The notes: generated from the sequence alone by a model not told the origin. Positions 21,163 to 31,668 are shown, counted from the stretch's first letter. The stretch is 64,000 bases of DNA from Longimicrobiales bacterium (GCA_965203485.1 OZ241892.1:3360001-3424000), one strand, 5' to 3'. Translations and numbers: made by a program.

Positions 21163-22359
21163 CTAACGTCTGATCCGGAGGCGCGTCACATAGGGCGCAA
21201 GGTCGTCGCCGATGCCGGCCAGGAGCAGGTACCGGGGGGTGGCGTAAGCTGGCAACGAACCCAACAACTCGGTTGCCACGGGTTCGGGCAACGTCGCTCG
21301 CCCCAGATACTCGCCCGCGGGCCCGAATGCGTCGATCGCCGTCCCGCCGCGAACCGCGCTGGTCTCGGGCACCACGTACAAGGTCCCTGTCCCGTCAGCG
21401 AAAATGGCTCGGAGGATGGGCTTCTCGTCGGGCAGTCCGGCAAGGCGGTCTTCGGCTTCGGGGCTGTCGGCCAGGAGATCGCGAACCGCATCCGCGTCGG
21501 CTTGCGTCACCGGCGCCGGGGCTTCGTCCAACGAGACGGCAAGGAGCGTGTCGCCTTCCAGCGAACGCTTGTAGATGCGGTATTCGCGGGAATGGCCGAA
21601 CCAGATGTCGCGCCCGTTCTCCAGGGCGTACAGGAAGGAGCCGGCGTAGAAGTTCCTGTAGGTTGCTCTGCCTCCGACCTGCACCATCTCCGCCGCGTAC
21701 TCGAGCGGAGGAAACGAATCCGCCGGCTTCGCTCCGGCGTCGGCGTTCTCGGGAGGCGGGCTTCCGTCCTCGCCGCCGCCGAGAACGAAGGGCCAGACCT
21801 GCGTCTCGGCGGGAAGGCCGCCGTGCACCCGTCCGGGAAAATCAACTCTCCAGTCCGTGTAGCGACCGTCCCGGCCGACGGACCGGTCCCACTCTCCGGT
21901 CCCGGGATACCCTCGCCCACGCCGGGCCAAGGCGGCCACGAATTCGCCGCCGCGCTCGAAGACGGACACGCGAGCCGTCGCCGGGTCGGGCACCCAGATC
22001 CGGTTGCTGGGGCCGACGCTGACGCCGGAGGCTCTCGAGAACTCCCCCGGCCCCTCGCCGCTTCGCCCGATGGCATGGGAGTAGGCGCCGCTCGGGCCGA
22101 AGACGAACACCTGCTGGTCCGTCCGATCGAGAACGTAGATGTAGTCGTCGGCGTCGGCGGCAATCGCTTCGATTACGCCGAAGCCCTCGGGCGGGCCCAC
22201 GATCCTGAATTCCTCTTCGAGAAACCATCCGGCGCCGGGACTCCGTGCGGAATTCGGGGCGGCGCGGTCGTCGCAGGCCGCGAGGGCCAGCAGGAGGGCG
22301 AAGGCGGTCGCCGGAGCAAGCGCCCCATGCGAAGCGACTGTTCTGCGCAAGGTTGTCAT
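21163..22359 (-). CDS. 6-bladed beta-propeller (NHL/TolB-like) lipoprotein
   Basis: Lipobox 'LALAAC', 'IYVLD..QQVFVF', 'IGRSGEGPGEF'. Confidence 0.8.
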   Translation of the reverse strand: MTTLRRTVASHGALAPATAFALLLALAACDDRAAPNSARSPGAGWFLEEEFRIVGPPEGFGVIEAIAADADDYIYVLDRTDQQVFVFGPSGAYSHAIGRSGEGPGEFSRASGVSVGPSNRIWVPDPATARVSVFERGGEFVAALARRGRGYPGTGEWDRSVGRDGRYTDWRVDFPGRVHGGLPAETQVWPFVLGGGEDGSPPPENADAGAKPADSFPPLEYAAEMVQVGGRATYRNFYAGSFLYALENGRDIWFGHSREYRIYKRSLEGDTLLAVSLDEAPAPVTQADADAVRDLLADSPEAEDRLAGLPDEKPILRAIFADGTGTLYVVPETSAVRGGTAIDAFGPAGEYLGRATLPEPVATELLGSLPAYATPRYLLLAGIGDDLAPYVTRLRIRR

Positions 22360-22602
22360 GCGTCTAGTTCCAGGCCCCGTGCTGTTCGCGACCGGCGCTG
22401 CTGCGGGTGAGGGCTGCCGCCGTGTCCGACACGCTCAAGGAAAAGAGGGCCGAAGCGGACAGCAGTCTCTTCCGACGACTTCCCCAAGGGAAAGGTAGGC
22501 GGAGCGCTTGGGTTCGCCAAACCCGTTTGCGCATCCCCCCCGGGCGTCCTATCGTGAAGCGCGGACGCGGACACGAGCAACCCGACAGCCGCGAGGCGCC
22601 GA

Positions 22603-23238
22603 ATGCTTCAACCCGACTTCATCGAATTGAGGAGGGGCGGCTTCACCCGCCGCAAGTTCGTCAAGGGCGTGATCGCCGCGGGCGCGACCGTCTCGGCGGC
22701 GGGCTACTTGTTCCGGGAAGGAGGCTTGTCGGCCCTTGGGCTCACGGCCCAGGGCGCAGTAGAGCGCATGGTCGCGCTGACCGTCAACGGCCGCCAACGC
22801 CGCGTGGACGTGATGAAGCAGGAGACGCTGGCCATGACGCTCCGCTACAAGCTCGGTCTCACGGGCACCAAGCTGGGGTGCGACCGGGCCGAGTGCGGCG
22901 CCTGCACGGTGCTGATCGACGGCGTGGCCCACTACGGCTGCTCCATCCTGACCCACTCCGTGCGAGGGCGCGCCGTCACGACGATCGAGGGGCTGGAGCA
23001 GGAAGACGGGACGCTCCACCCGGTCCAGCAGGCCGTCATGGACGAGGGCGGCTTCCAGTGCGCCTTCTGCGCGCCGGGATTCGCGATGAGCATGACCGCC
23101 ATGCTCGCCAAGAACCCGAACCCCACCCGCGACGAGGCCGCCATGGCGCTCTCGGGCAACCTCTGCCGCTGCGGCGACTACGACAAGATCCTGAACACGG
23201 CGATGCGGGCGGCGAAGCTGGCCCGCGCCCGCGCCTGA
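22603..23238 (+). CDS. Xanthine/aldehyde oxidoreductase family 2x[2Fe-2S] subunit with Tat signal (PaoA-like)
   Basis: 'FTRRKFVK' Tat motif, 'GTKLGCDRAECGACTV', 'QCAFCAPG', 'NLCRCG'. Confidence 0.9.
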   Translation: MLQPDFIELRRGGFTRRKFVKGVIAAGATVSAAGYLFREGGLSALGLTAQGAVERMVALTVNGRQRRVDVMKQETLAMTLRYKLGLTGTKLGCDRAECGACTVLIDGVAHYGCSILTHSVRGRAVTTIEGLEQEDGTLHPVQQAVMDEGGFQCAFCAPGFAMSMTAMLAKNPNPTRDEAAMALSGNLCRCGDYDKILNTAMRAAKLARARA

Positions 23239-23328
23239 CCCGGTGCGCGACCCGCAGAGCGCGCGACGACGCGAGGCCGAGTCGGCCCGCACGCGGACCT
23301 GACCCTACCGAAGAGGGGGAGCGAACCA

Positions 23329-25722
23329 ATGGCCGAGAACCTGATCGGCGCCGACATCGCCCCGCCCGACCTGCGAGCCAAGATCACCGGCCGCGCCCGC
23401 TACGCCGAGGACTTCCGGGCCGAGGGCATGGTGTTCGCGAAGTTGCTGGCGAGCCCCATGCCTCACGCGCGGGTGCGCGGCGTGGACGCGCGCGCGGCCG
23501 AGGCGATGGAGGGCGTGCTGGGGATTCTTCGCGCCTCCGACTTGCCGGGCGACGACCCGGGCCGCGAGAAGGCGCTCACCGACGAGCCCAAGTACGAGGG
23601 CGAGCCGATTCTGGCGGTGGCGGCGGTGGACGAGACCACGGCGGCGGCGGCGGTCGAGGCGATCCGGGTGGACTTGGAGCCGTTGCCGTTCGTGCTGGAC
23701 CCGCTGGACAGCCTGCGCGAGGGCGGGCCGGACGCGCGCTTGGACGGGAACGTGAGGCGCGGGCGCGAAGTCGAGACGCTCAAGTGGCCGGACGCGGTGT
23801 TCGAGGAGGCCGGGCCGGACACGTTGCCGATGGGCGAGGCGACGGTCGAATGGGCCGTGGGCGACGTGGAGGCGGGCTTCGCGGCGGCGGACGCCGTCGT
23901 GGAGGAGACGATCGTCCACCAGTCGGTCACGCACCATCCCATGGAGCCCCGTAGCTGCATGGCGTACTGGCAGAACGGCAAGCTCTTCCTGCACGGCTCC
24001 ACGCAGAGCACGGCGCGCACCCGGCCCGCGGTCGCCGCCATGCTGGACATCGACGCGGACGACGTCGTGCTCGTGGCCGAGTACTGCGGCGGCGGCTTCG
24101 GCAGCAAGATCGCGGGCTCGCCGATCATGGCCGTGCCAGCGGCGCTCTCGCGCAAGATCGGCCGTCCGGTCATGCTGCGCGTCACCCGCTACGAGGAGAA
24201 CTACATCGGCCGCGCCCGCGCCGGATTCCAGGGCTGGGCGCGCCTGGGCTTCCGCGCCGACGGGCGCATGACCGCGCTCGACCTCTACCTCGTCCAGGAC
24301 AGCGGCCCCTACGGCGCTTCGGACTTCACGACCGCCGGGCTGGTCTCGTCCCTCTCCTACCAGCCCGAGAACATGCGCTTCCGCGGAGTGCCCGTGTACA
24401 CCAACACGCCGCCCCGCTCGGCCCAGCGCGCTCCCGGCGGCGCCCAGATCGTGGCCATGCTCGAGCCCCTCGTCGACAAGGCGGCGCGCGAGCTGAACGT
24501 GGACCGGCTGGAGATTCGCAAGATCAACGCGGCGGGCCACGACGGCTGGGTCGGCGCCAACCAGGGCGGGCTCACCAGCGCGTACGTGCGCGAGGCGCTC
24601 GACCTGGGCGCGAGCGTGTTCGACTGGGACGCGAAGAAGGCCCTCTCAGGCCGCCGGGAAGGGACCCGCGTGACCGGCGTCGGCATCGGCCTGAGTCCGT
24701 TCGTCAGCGGCACCACCGGCTTCGACGGACTGCTCGTGGTGCGCCCGGACGGCAAGCTCCACGTCCACCAGGGCATCGGCAATCTGGGCACGCACTCCAT
24801 CGCCGACACGGCCCGCGCCGCCGCGCAGGTTCTGGACCTCGCCTGGGACCAGGTGGCCGTCGTCTGGGGCGACACCAGCAAGCACCTGCCGTGGAGCTCC
24901 GTGCAGGCCGGCAGCCAGACCACGCACGCGCACACGCGGGCCAACCACGCGGCGGCCGAGGCGCTGGTGGGCCTGTTGCAGGAACTCGCGGCGCGGGACT
25001 TGGGCGGCTCGCCCGGCGACTACCGCGTGGCGGACGGGCGGGTCTTCCGGGCGCGCGACCGTTCCGTGGGGATGGACTTCGCGCGCGCGGCCCGGCGGGC
25101 GATCGAGCTGGGCGGCAAGTTCAGCGGCGGAGAGGCGCCCGACGACCTGCACGCCATGACCAAGGCGTCGGTGGCCGGCCTGGCGGGCTCCGGCCTCGTG
25201 GCCGCGGCCAAGGACAACTATCCCCGCGAAGGCGCCACGTTCTCGTGGGTGATCGGATTCTGCCAAGTGGAGCTGGACGTCGAGACGGGCCAAGTCGAGA
25301 TCGTGGACTTGGCTTCGTCCGCCGACTGCGGCACCGTGCTGCACGCCCGCAGCCTGGCCGCGCAGACCAACGGCGGCCTGATCCAGGGCGTCGGCATGGC
25401 CATGAGCCAGCGCTGGGTGTTCGACCCCAAGTGGGGCATTCCCTTCACCAAGCGCTTCTACACGGCCCGCCCGCCCGGCATCCTGGACGTGCCCCGCAGC
25501 CTTCGCTTCGCCGCCGTGGACCAGCCCGACCCGCAGACTCCGGTCGGCGCCAAGGGCATCGGCGAGCCCCCGGTCGGCGCCGGCGAGGCCGCCTACGCCT
25601 GCGCCGTGGCCGACGCGATGGGAGGCCGCTGCCTCTGCCGCACGCCGCTCACGGCCGACATGATCCTGGCGGAGCTCGAGGGCCGGCCGAGGCCGTACGG
25701 GACGCTGGAGACCCATGTCTGA
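23329..25722 (+). CDS. Xanthine dehydrogenase family molybdopterin-binding subunit
   Basis: 'KITGRARYAED', 'HHPMEP', 'GGGFGSK', 'AQRAPG', and 'GAKGIGEPP' carrying the catalytic Glu. Confidence 0.9.
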   Translation: MAENLIGADIAPPDLRAKITGRARYAEDFRAEGMVFAKLLASPMPHARVRGVDARAAEAMEGVLGILRASDLPGDDPGREKALTDEPKYEGEPILAVAAVDETTAAAAVEAIRVDLEPLPFVLDPLDSLREGGPDARLDGNVRRGREVETLKWPDAVFEEAGPDTLPMGEATVEWAVGDVEAGFAAADAVVEETIVHQSVTHHPMEPRSCMAYWQNGKLFLHGSTQSTARTRPAVAAMLDIDADDVVLVAEYCGGGFGSKIAGSPIMAVPAALSRKIGRPVMLRVTRYEENYIGRARAGFQGWARLGFRADGRMTALDLYLVQDSGPYGASDFTTAGLVSSLSYQPENMRFRGVPVYTNTPPRSAQRAPGGAQIVAMLEPLVDKAARELNVDRLEIRKINAAGHDGWVGANQGGLTSAYVREALDLGASVFDWDAKKALSGRREGTRVTGVGIGLSPFVSGTTGFDGLLVVRPDGKLHVHQGIGNLGTHSIADTARAAAQVLDLAWDQVAVVWGDTSKHLPWSSVQAGSQTTHAHTRANHAAAEALVGLLQELAARDLGGSPGDYRVADGRVFRARDRSVGMDFARAARRAIELGGKFSGGEAPDDLHAMTKASVAGLAGSGLVAAAKDNYPREGATFSWVIGFCQVELDVETGQVEIVDLASSADCGTVLHARSLAAQTNGGLIQGVGMAMSQRWVFDPKWGIPFTKRFYTARPPGILDVPRSLRFAAVDQPDPQTPVGAKGIGEPPVGAGEAAYACAVADAMGGRCLCRTPLTADMILAELEGRPRPYGTLETHV

Positions 25723-25758
25723 GCGCCGCGGCCCCCGCACACCGAAGAGGACCTGACC

Positions 25759-26766
25759 ATGGCAGTCATCCGCGACATGATTCCGCCCTTCGAGCTCTAC
25801 CAGCCGACGGACGTCGACGCCGCGCTGAGCCTCTTGCGGGAACATCGCGACGACGCCTGGGTGCTCGCGGGCGGGCTGGACAGCTTCGACTGGTTCAAGG
25901 ACCGGATCAAGCGGCCCTCCACGGTGATCGACCTGGGCGGCGTGGAAGCGCTCAAGGGCATCCGCGAACGCGACGACGGCGGCCTGGCGATCGGCGCCAT
26001 GACCAGCCTCGCGGACGTGGCCGAGGACGAGGCGGTGCGAGCGTCCTATCCCCTGCTGGCCGAATCCGCCGGCCTCGTCGCCACGCCCCAGATCCGCAAC
26101 CAGGGCACGCTGGGCGGCAACATCGCCCAGGACACGCGTTGCTGGTACTACCGCAGTGGATGGCCCTGCTACCGCGCGGGCGGCAACATCTGCTACGCGG
26201 CCACGCCCCGCTCCATGAACCGCGAGCACTGCATCCTGGGCGCCAGCCGCTGCGTGGCGGTGAATCCGTCCGACACTGCGCCCGCCCTGGTCGCGCTGGA
26301 CGCGCAGATGCTCGTTGCCCGCCGCGGCGGCGAACATCAACAAGGCTACGCCGCCGCCGACTTCTTCGTCGGCCCGGCCATCGACATCACCCGCATGACC
26401 GTCCTGGAGCCCGGCGATCTGCTGACGAGCATAGTCTTGCCCGCACCGCGCCCCGGCGTCCGCTGGTACTTCGAAAAGGTTCGCGACCGCAAGGCCTGGG
26501 ACTTCTCGCTGGCCAGCGTCGCCTCCGTGCTGGAGATGGACGGCGGCCGCATGCGCGACGCGAGAATTTCCGTCAACGGCGTGGCGCCCGTCCCCGTGCG
26601 TTGCAAAGCCGCCGAAGCGATCGTGCGCGGCCAAGCGCCCGGCGACGAGATCGCCTTGGCGGCGGGCGAGGCGGCCGTGGAAGACGCCCATCCATTGCGC
26701 CACAACGACTACAAGATCGCGCTCATGCGCAATTTGGTGCGCAGGGCGGTGCGCGATGCGGCGTGA
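25759..26766 (+). CDS. FAD-binding subunit with extra Cys cluster (PaoB-like)
   Basis: 'ATPQIRNQGTLGGN', 'RCWYYR..CYRAGGNIC..CVAVNPSD', 'PLRHNDYK'. Confidence 0.88.
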   Translation: MAVIRDMIPPFELYQPTDVDAALSLLREHRDDAWVLAGGLDSFDWFKDRIKRPSTVIDLGGVEALKGIRERDDGGLAIGAMTSLADVAEDEAVRASYPLLAESAGLVATPQIRNQGTLGGNIAQDTRCWYYRSGWPCYRAGGNICYAATPRSMNREHCILGASRCVAVNPSDTAPALVALDAQMLVARRGGEHQQGYAAADFFVGPAIDITRMTVLEPGDLLTSIVLPAPRPGVRWYFEKVRDRKAWDFSLASVASVLEMDGGRMRDARISVNGVAPVPVRCKAAEAIVRGQAPGDEIALAAGEAAVEDAHPLRHNDYKIALMRNLVRRAVRDAA

Positions 26767-26776
26767 GGGGCGCTAG

Positions 26777-27649
26777 ATGGATTTCCTCCGGCGCGCCCTG
26801 AACCCCTGGGGCGAGAGCGTCCTGATCGGCGTTTCGTGGGACTTGATCTGGGCGGCGGTGGCCGTGGGCGCGCTGTTCGTTGCCGTACACGCCTTGCTGG
26901 TGCCCAAGAAGAAGGGGACGGGGCCGGTGGATCCGGCGGAAGCCGCGGGCTTGCCCGAGAAGATCCTGCGTCACACGACAGGCGCGCGGGCGTTTCATTG
27001 GTCGATGACCGTGGCCATGTTCGTGCTTCTGATCACCGCCTTCTTTCCGTTGCTGGGCATTCGCTTTCCGTGGGTGACGATTCACTGGATCGCTGGCTTC
27101 GGGCTGATTCTGACGGTTGTCTATCACATCTACCACGTGTTCGCCAAGCAGGACATCCGCACGATGTGGATGGGACGGCGCGACGTGGAGGAGACGGCGC
27201 GCAACTTGAAGCGGGCCCTCCGGGCGACGGACGAGGACCCGCCCCGCCCCGGCAAGTATCCGGCGGACCAGAAGATGTTCCACCATGCGGCCACGGTCGT
27301 GACCTTGGGCGCCGTGGCGACGGGCGTGCTCATGATGTTCCGCATCGACCACGTTCTCTGGGAGCAGAACCCCTACATCCTGAGCGACGCGGCCTGGGGA
27401 TGGGTGTACGTGATCCACGGCATCTGCGGCATCGGCCTCATCTTCCTGGTCATCGCGCACGTGTACTTCGCGATTCGGCCCGAGAAGCGTTGGATGACGT
27501 GGTCGATGATCAACGGCTGGATCGGACGCGACCGCTATCTGCAGAACCACGATCCGAAGCGGTGGGCGGTGGCGGAGGGCGGAGAAGGAGAACCGCGATC
27601 GCGGCATCGTCCGGCCAAGGGGAAACGGCGCCCCCGGCGGCCCTCGTGA
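26777..27649 (+). CDS. Cytochrome b (FdnI / Ni-hydrogenase cytochrome b type)
   Basis: Several TM helices with His ligands ('RAFHW', 'TIHW', 'VIHG', 'IAHVY') and the FdnI-like 'GKYPADQKMFH'. Confidence 0.75.
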   Translation: MDFLRRALNPWGESVLIGVSWDLIWAAVAVGALFVAVHALLVPKKKGTGPVDPAEAAGLPEKILRHTTGARAFHWSMTVAMFVLLITAFFPLLGIRFPWVTIHWIAGFGLILTVVYHIYHVFAKQDIRTMWMGRRDVEETARNLKRALRATDEDPPRPGKYPADQKMFHHAATVVTLGAVATGVLMMFRIDHVLWEQNPYILSDAAWGWVYVIHGICGIGLIFLVIAHVYFAIRPEKRWMTWSMINGWIGRDRYLQNHDPKRWAVAEGGEGEPRSRHRPAKGKRRPRRPS

Positions 27650-28020
27650 CGCGCGACGACCTCAAGGCGCGCATCGACCACATCGAGGAGGCGTACGAGT
27701 TCTGCTTGGCGTACGCCGCCCAAGGGCTGTCCGGCGACGCGGCGGACGCGAGCAGCGATCAGGCGCGCGACTTCCTGCAACGCTTCGACAGCGCGCTCGA
27801 CGGCCTGGCGGACGGGTTCCGGGCGCTCCTGCCCGGCGCCGCCGATCATGAAGCGGCCGTCTCCGTGCTGGAGCGCGACGCGGCGGCCACCCGGGCGCTG
27901 GTTCGGCTTGCGCTGGCACAGCCGGGGCTTTCCTCGCAACTCGTGGACAACCTGAACGCTTCGATACACGTGCGCGCCCTGCTGACCGACGTCTTCTTCT
28001 TGGGCGACTTGGTCGGCTAG
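27646..28020 (+). CDS. Hypothetical helical protein, translationally coupled to cytochrome b
   Basis: GTGA overlap. 'IEEAYEFCLAYAAQG...SSQLVDNLNASIHVRALLTDVF'. Confidence 0.6.
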   Translation: MTRDDLKARIDHIEEAYEFCLAYAAQGLSGDAADASSDQARDFLQRFDSALDGLADGFRALLPGAADHEAAVSVLERDAAATRALVRLALAQPGLSSQLVDNLNASIHVRALLTDVFFLGDLVG

Positions 28021-28026
28021 TCCGTT

Positions 28027-29388
28027 CTACCGGGTCTCGCTTCGACTTCCAGTGGGATTTACGGGCTGTTTGCTCCACTCCCGGAGTACCGCCATGATTT
28101 CTCGCATGACGCCGTTGACGCATTTCTTGAGTTCGTCGAGGTCGTCGCCGGCATGAACGGTCGCGATTCGTTGCTCAGGCTCCGGATCGCGGCTGTCGAG
28201 CTTGAATCTCCACGCGCCGTCACCTGTTCTTTCTGTTGACAGGATCATCCCCCGGCGAGTCGCCCGAAAGTCGTGGAAGAAAGCAACGGCATTCATTCGC
28301 AAGAACATTGCATCTTGAGGGAGGTCGCTTATCTCACCCGTGAAAGGCAATCCAACTTCCCTTTTTGCTCCATCGCTCCCGAGGAAGCTTAACGTCCCGG
28401 CGACTTCGATCTTGACAAAAAACGATGCCAGCGATTCTGCCTTGTCGTGAAGGTATCCGTACAAGGGGAGTACTGTGTCGATGGCCAGTGCCCTTGCGTG
28501 AATCGGCCCGCCTTCGCCCGAAGGCGCCGCCATCTCGCGCTTGAAGACGGCGATCTCCCGGTCGATGTCGCCGGGTTCCTCTATGGATTCTCCGCGCGCG
28601 GCTCGCAGGTGCAGTTCCAGGCTGTACCGGCAACACTCGGCGATATACTGAATGAATTCAGCCAGGCTCCCCGTCGCTTGCGCCTGCTCGATCTCGGCGA
28701 TGTATCGGTCCCGTCCGTCTCGCTGGACCATGGCAATCGTGTACCCGTGCCTCATCAGGATCAGGTTCATCAGCAAGCGCGCCATTCGGCCGTTCCCGTC
28801 GTCGAAGGGATGAATCTGCACGAACCGGTAGTGAAACGTGGCCGCTATGACGATGGGGTGTTCGCCTTCGGCTTCCTTGGTGCGCTGCCAGTCCATCAGG
28901 TCGCTCATCATCGGCTGGACCTGTTCCGGAGGCGCGAAGTGGTGCATCTCGCCCGTCTGCGTCTGCACGTTGTTGGGGCTCTTCTTGTACTCGCCGACGG
29001 CGATGGTCCGCATGGCGCGTCGCCCGTCAGGAGTCTCGGCGGGCGCCTCGTAGGGCTCCTTCAGAAGGATCTTGTGCAGGTTGCGACTGAACGCTTGATT
29101 GAGCGCGTCGTCTTTTGCAACCGCTTCCTCGATTGCCTTCACGGCGTCGTCGTGCCCTTTGATGTCCAAGTGGTCCCGCAACGGCTTGCCGCGAGCGGTG
29201 AGGCCGTGGAGGATTAGCGATCGCGTCTCGCCCAAGGTCAGAACGTTGCCTTCAATGGCGTTGGAGTGGTAGTTCCACTCGATCCTCAGCTTCTGCGCCA
29301 CGCGGCCCACGGCCTCCGCCGGCAAGGGACGGCAATCGTCCAGTTCGGCTTTCAGCCGGTCGATCTCGGCAATGGCGTCGGTGGCCAT
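28027..29388 (-). CDS. Fic family protein
   Basis: 'YHSNAIEGN', canonical 'HPFDDGNGRMAR', and an AGGAG RBS before ATG 29388. Confidence 0.9.
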   Translation of the reverse strand: MATDAIAEIDRLKAELDDCRPLPAEAVGRVAQKLRIEWNYHSNAIEGNVLTLGETRSLILHGLTARGKPLRDHLDIKGHDDAVKAIEEAVAKDDALNQAFSRNLHKILLKEPYEAPAETPDGRRAMRTIAVGEYKKSPNNVQTQTGEMHHFAPPEQVQPMMSDLMDWQRTKEAEGEHPIVIAATFHYRFVQIHPFDDGNGRMARLLMNLILMRHGYTIAMVQRDGRDRYIAEIEQAQATGSLAEFIQYIAECCRYSLELHLRAARGESIEEPGDIDREIAVFKREMAAPSGEGGPIHARALAIDTVLPLYGYLHDKAESLASFFVKIEVAGTLSFLGSDGAKREVGLPFTGEISDLPQDAMFLRMNAVAFFHDFRATRRGMILSTERTGDGAWRFKLDSRDPEPEQRIATVHAGDDLDELKKCVNGVMREIMAVLREWSKQPVNPTGSRSETR

Positions 29389-29424
29389 GGTGGTCTCCTT
29401 CTGGGGCGCGACAAGGCCAATATG

Positions 29425-29627
29425 CGTGTCCTCGTGTGGGCCGCAAGGCCGCGGCATGAACGTGCCGTCGCGCTCTTCGGTATCTTCGACCATGCGCAGA
29501 GCCGCCGCCGGCCGGCAGACGCGCGCGCTTCGGCGTCCCGCCGCGCTCGAGTTCGGAATGCCCTTGCACGCCCCCACGTCCGAGCCAGCCGAAAAGGAGT
29601 AGTATCATGATATCATTCACTTCACGA
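29425..29627. repeat. Diverged ~200-bp direct repeat, copy 1 (region upstream of fic)
   Basis: Shares GTGTCCTCGT, CTTCGGTATCTTCG, GGCAGAC, TTCGGCGTCCC, ACGTCCGAGCCAGCC and GTATCATGATATCA in the same order with 31471-31668. Confidence 0.7.
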
Positions 29628-29780
29628 GGAAGCCTTGCCGTCCGTCGCGGGGCACGCTTCGCAGGACGGGCGCCGAGGTGATCCTGGAGCCTGCGCCCGG
29701 CAGCGGCTTGAGCGTCCACGAAGAGGCCGGCGTAGCCCCCTTGACCGGGCCGCTCGGACCGCGGCCGACCTGCGTTGGGC

Positions 29781-29985
29781 CTAAACCGCTAGGAGATAAC
29801 GCTTGGCGTAGGTGGAGAGCGCCCCGATGCAGTGCCGCTGGCCCGCCGCGAAGAGCATGTCGAGCGCAAGCGTGGACTTGTCCGACCCCGACGGCGCGGT
29901 CAGCACGACCAGCGAGTCGCACGGAACATCGAGATCGACCCCCTTGAGGTTGTGCTGGCCCGCGAAAGCGGATGGCGTCCTTACG
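29781..29985 (-). pseudogene. uvrA: Degenerate 5' fragment of uvrA
   Basis: 'QHNLKGVDLDVP.DSLVVLTAPSGSDKSTLALDMLFAAGQRH..ALSTYAKRYL' matches the UvrA N-terminus, with a broken Walker A. Confidence 0.8.
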
Positions 29986-30322
29986 TCCGGGCGTCCCCGC
30001 CGAGGTCGCGTTCCCTTCGAGCCTTCGGTTCGACTGCGCCCGGTCCCCTGCGTGTAGCGCCGGTGTCGGGAAGCCGGCGGACTCGGCTTCACGGGTGGGT
30101 CGCTGGCGGTCCAGCGCCAGTGGCCGCGAAGGGCGGAGTTCTCTTCGAAACGCCTTGTGTCGCAAGGAGAATCGATGGTCGGTGGGGCCTCCTTCGGGCG
30201 TGGTGGCGCGATCCGGGATTGCCATTCCCCGGCGAGTTGCCCACCTTCAAGGCGAGTCCTCCGTGTCTTGGCGAGCGCTGGATGGATCCAGACAATTCCT
30301 TCGCCAAACAGGAGTTGCCCGC

Positions 30323-31061
30323 ATGAACGGCAGATGCCGAATCCCTCTCGTGGTCGCCGGAATGCTTTCGGCGGCCTTCCACGCTGGCGTTGCCCCGGTG
30401 GCGGCTGGAGCCAGCCAATCCCCCCCCCCCCCCCCCCCCCCCGATTTCGCGGGTGGAAGTGACGGACGCGCCCAGTGACGCAGCGTCTAGTCGTGTAGCA
30501 ACGGTCTCCCAGGACGATGGTGGCTTGGCCCGGATCGAGACCGTTGCGATTTTGGAGTCGGCGAGTGCCAAGTCGCCGACGAGCCTAGTGGAGACATCCG
30601 AGACGGAACGCGAACCGGTCGTAAGTTGGTTCCCCGGAATTGAACGGCTTGATTGAGCCGAAGACTCGGTGGTGCCAGAAGACTGCGGACTGCCGTCCCC
30701 CGGTTCGAAGGCGGATGATGATGGTTGCCCGGAGGAGATTGCCATAGGTTCTTCCACCCCAAGCTCCGGGGCACCGGGCGAGATCGACGGAAGAATGATC
30801 TCGGTATGCAGGCTCATAGACTCGGAAACTGTCAATAGCAACGTTACAATCGATCTTGTCATTGTCGAATTCGGCTTTGGGGGTGGAAGGAACATATGCC
30901 TCTATGCCGATGGATGTGGTACCGATGGTTGGATGACGATGGAGACGAGGACGGTGGACGGTCGGCGTGTCCCCGTGTTCAGCGGGGACCGGACGCACAT
31001 CTTCGTGCGACCAGTGCGGGCCATAAGCGGGCGAGCCCTGCTCCTAGCGGAGCGTTCTTGA
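30323..31061 (+). pseudogene. Putative secreted protein interrupted by a C23 tract and an in-frame TGA
   Basis: GGAG RBS and a signal-like N-terminus from ATG 30323, frame change at poly-C 30420-30442. ORFs 30390-30656 and 30669-31061 share a frame across TGA 30654-30656. Confidence 0.45.
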
Positions 31062-31214
31062 ACGGACGCGGCCCGGGGGCATGGGTCGCGCCCGCTCACT
31101 CGGGCATCGGGGGGCCGAGCGCGTCTACGATACGGCCTATCGCGGCGAGCAACTGTTAGCCGAACCCGTCAAGAACCGTCTTGGCTCGATAAGACGGCAT
31201 CTTCGAAGCGGTTT

Positions 31215-31415
31215 TTCTGCAACTGCTCGATACGGTCGGCTCGTTCATTGCCGCCGTGCCCGGAGCAGCGATACGTGGGTTCGGAAGGTTCAACACGCCA
31301 CCGCAGGTAGACACAGTTGGACCAGCCGGCGAGCGCCGTGCGGTTTGCGCAGCCGTCGCCGAGACCGCCGCGCGGCCCGACCTCGGCACTGTACACGTTG
31401 CCGTGCCGGCCAGAA
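31215..31415. pseudogene. Adjacent scraps of a beta-propeller gene (+) and of the NHL gene 3' end (-)
   Basis: 'LQLLDTVGSFIA...RFNTPPQVDT' resembles 'LQLLDADGSVIA...RFNMPPRVDT' of 51459-52715. CCGACCTCGGCACTGTACACGTTGCCGTGCCGG matches 43624-43656. Confidence 0.65.
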
Positions 31416-31470
31416 CGGGCTTCGCAACTGGCCGCGATCCCCGTCGGCCGCTTTTGACGGCCGAGGCGCC

Positions 31471-31668
31471 GGTGTCCTCGTCCGCGCCCCTTCACGGCTT
31501 CACGCCGTCGCCCCCTTCGGTATCTTCGGACAGTACGCTGGGCCACCGCCGGGCGGCAGACATGCACGCTTTCGGCGTCCCCGTGCGCCCGCTTGCCCCG
31601 GACTCGGCAGCGCCATGCGCACTCAACGTCCGAGCCAGCCAAAGGATGGTATCATGATATCACTTCGT
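31471..31668. repeat. Diverged ~200-bp direct repeat, copy 2
   Basis: See 29425-29627. Confidence 0.7.

Noticed and set aside
30654..30656. In-frame TGA as selenocysteine
   Set aside because: There is no redox-motif context or recognisable SECIS, and the surrounding region is decaying, so a nonsense mutation is simpler.
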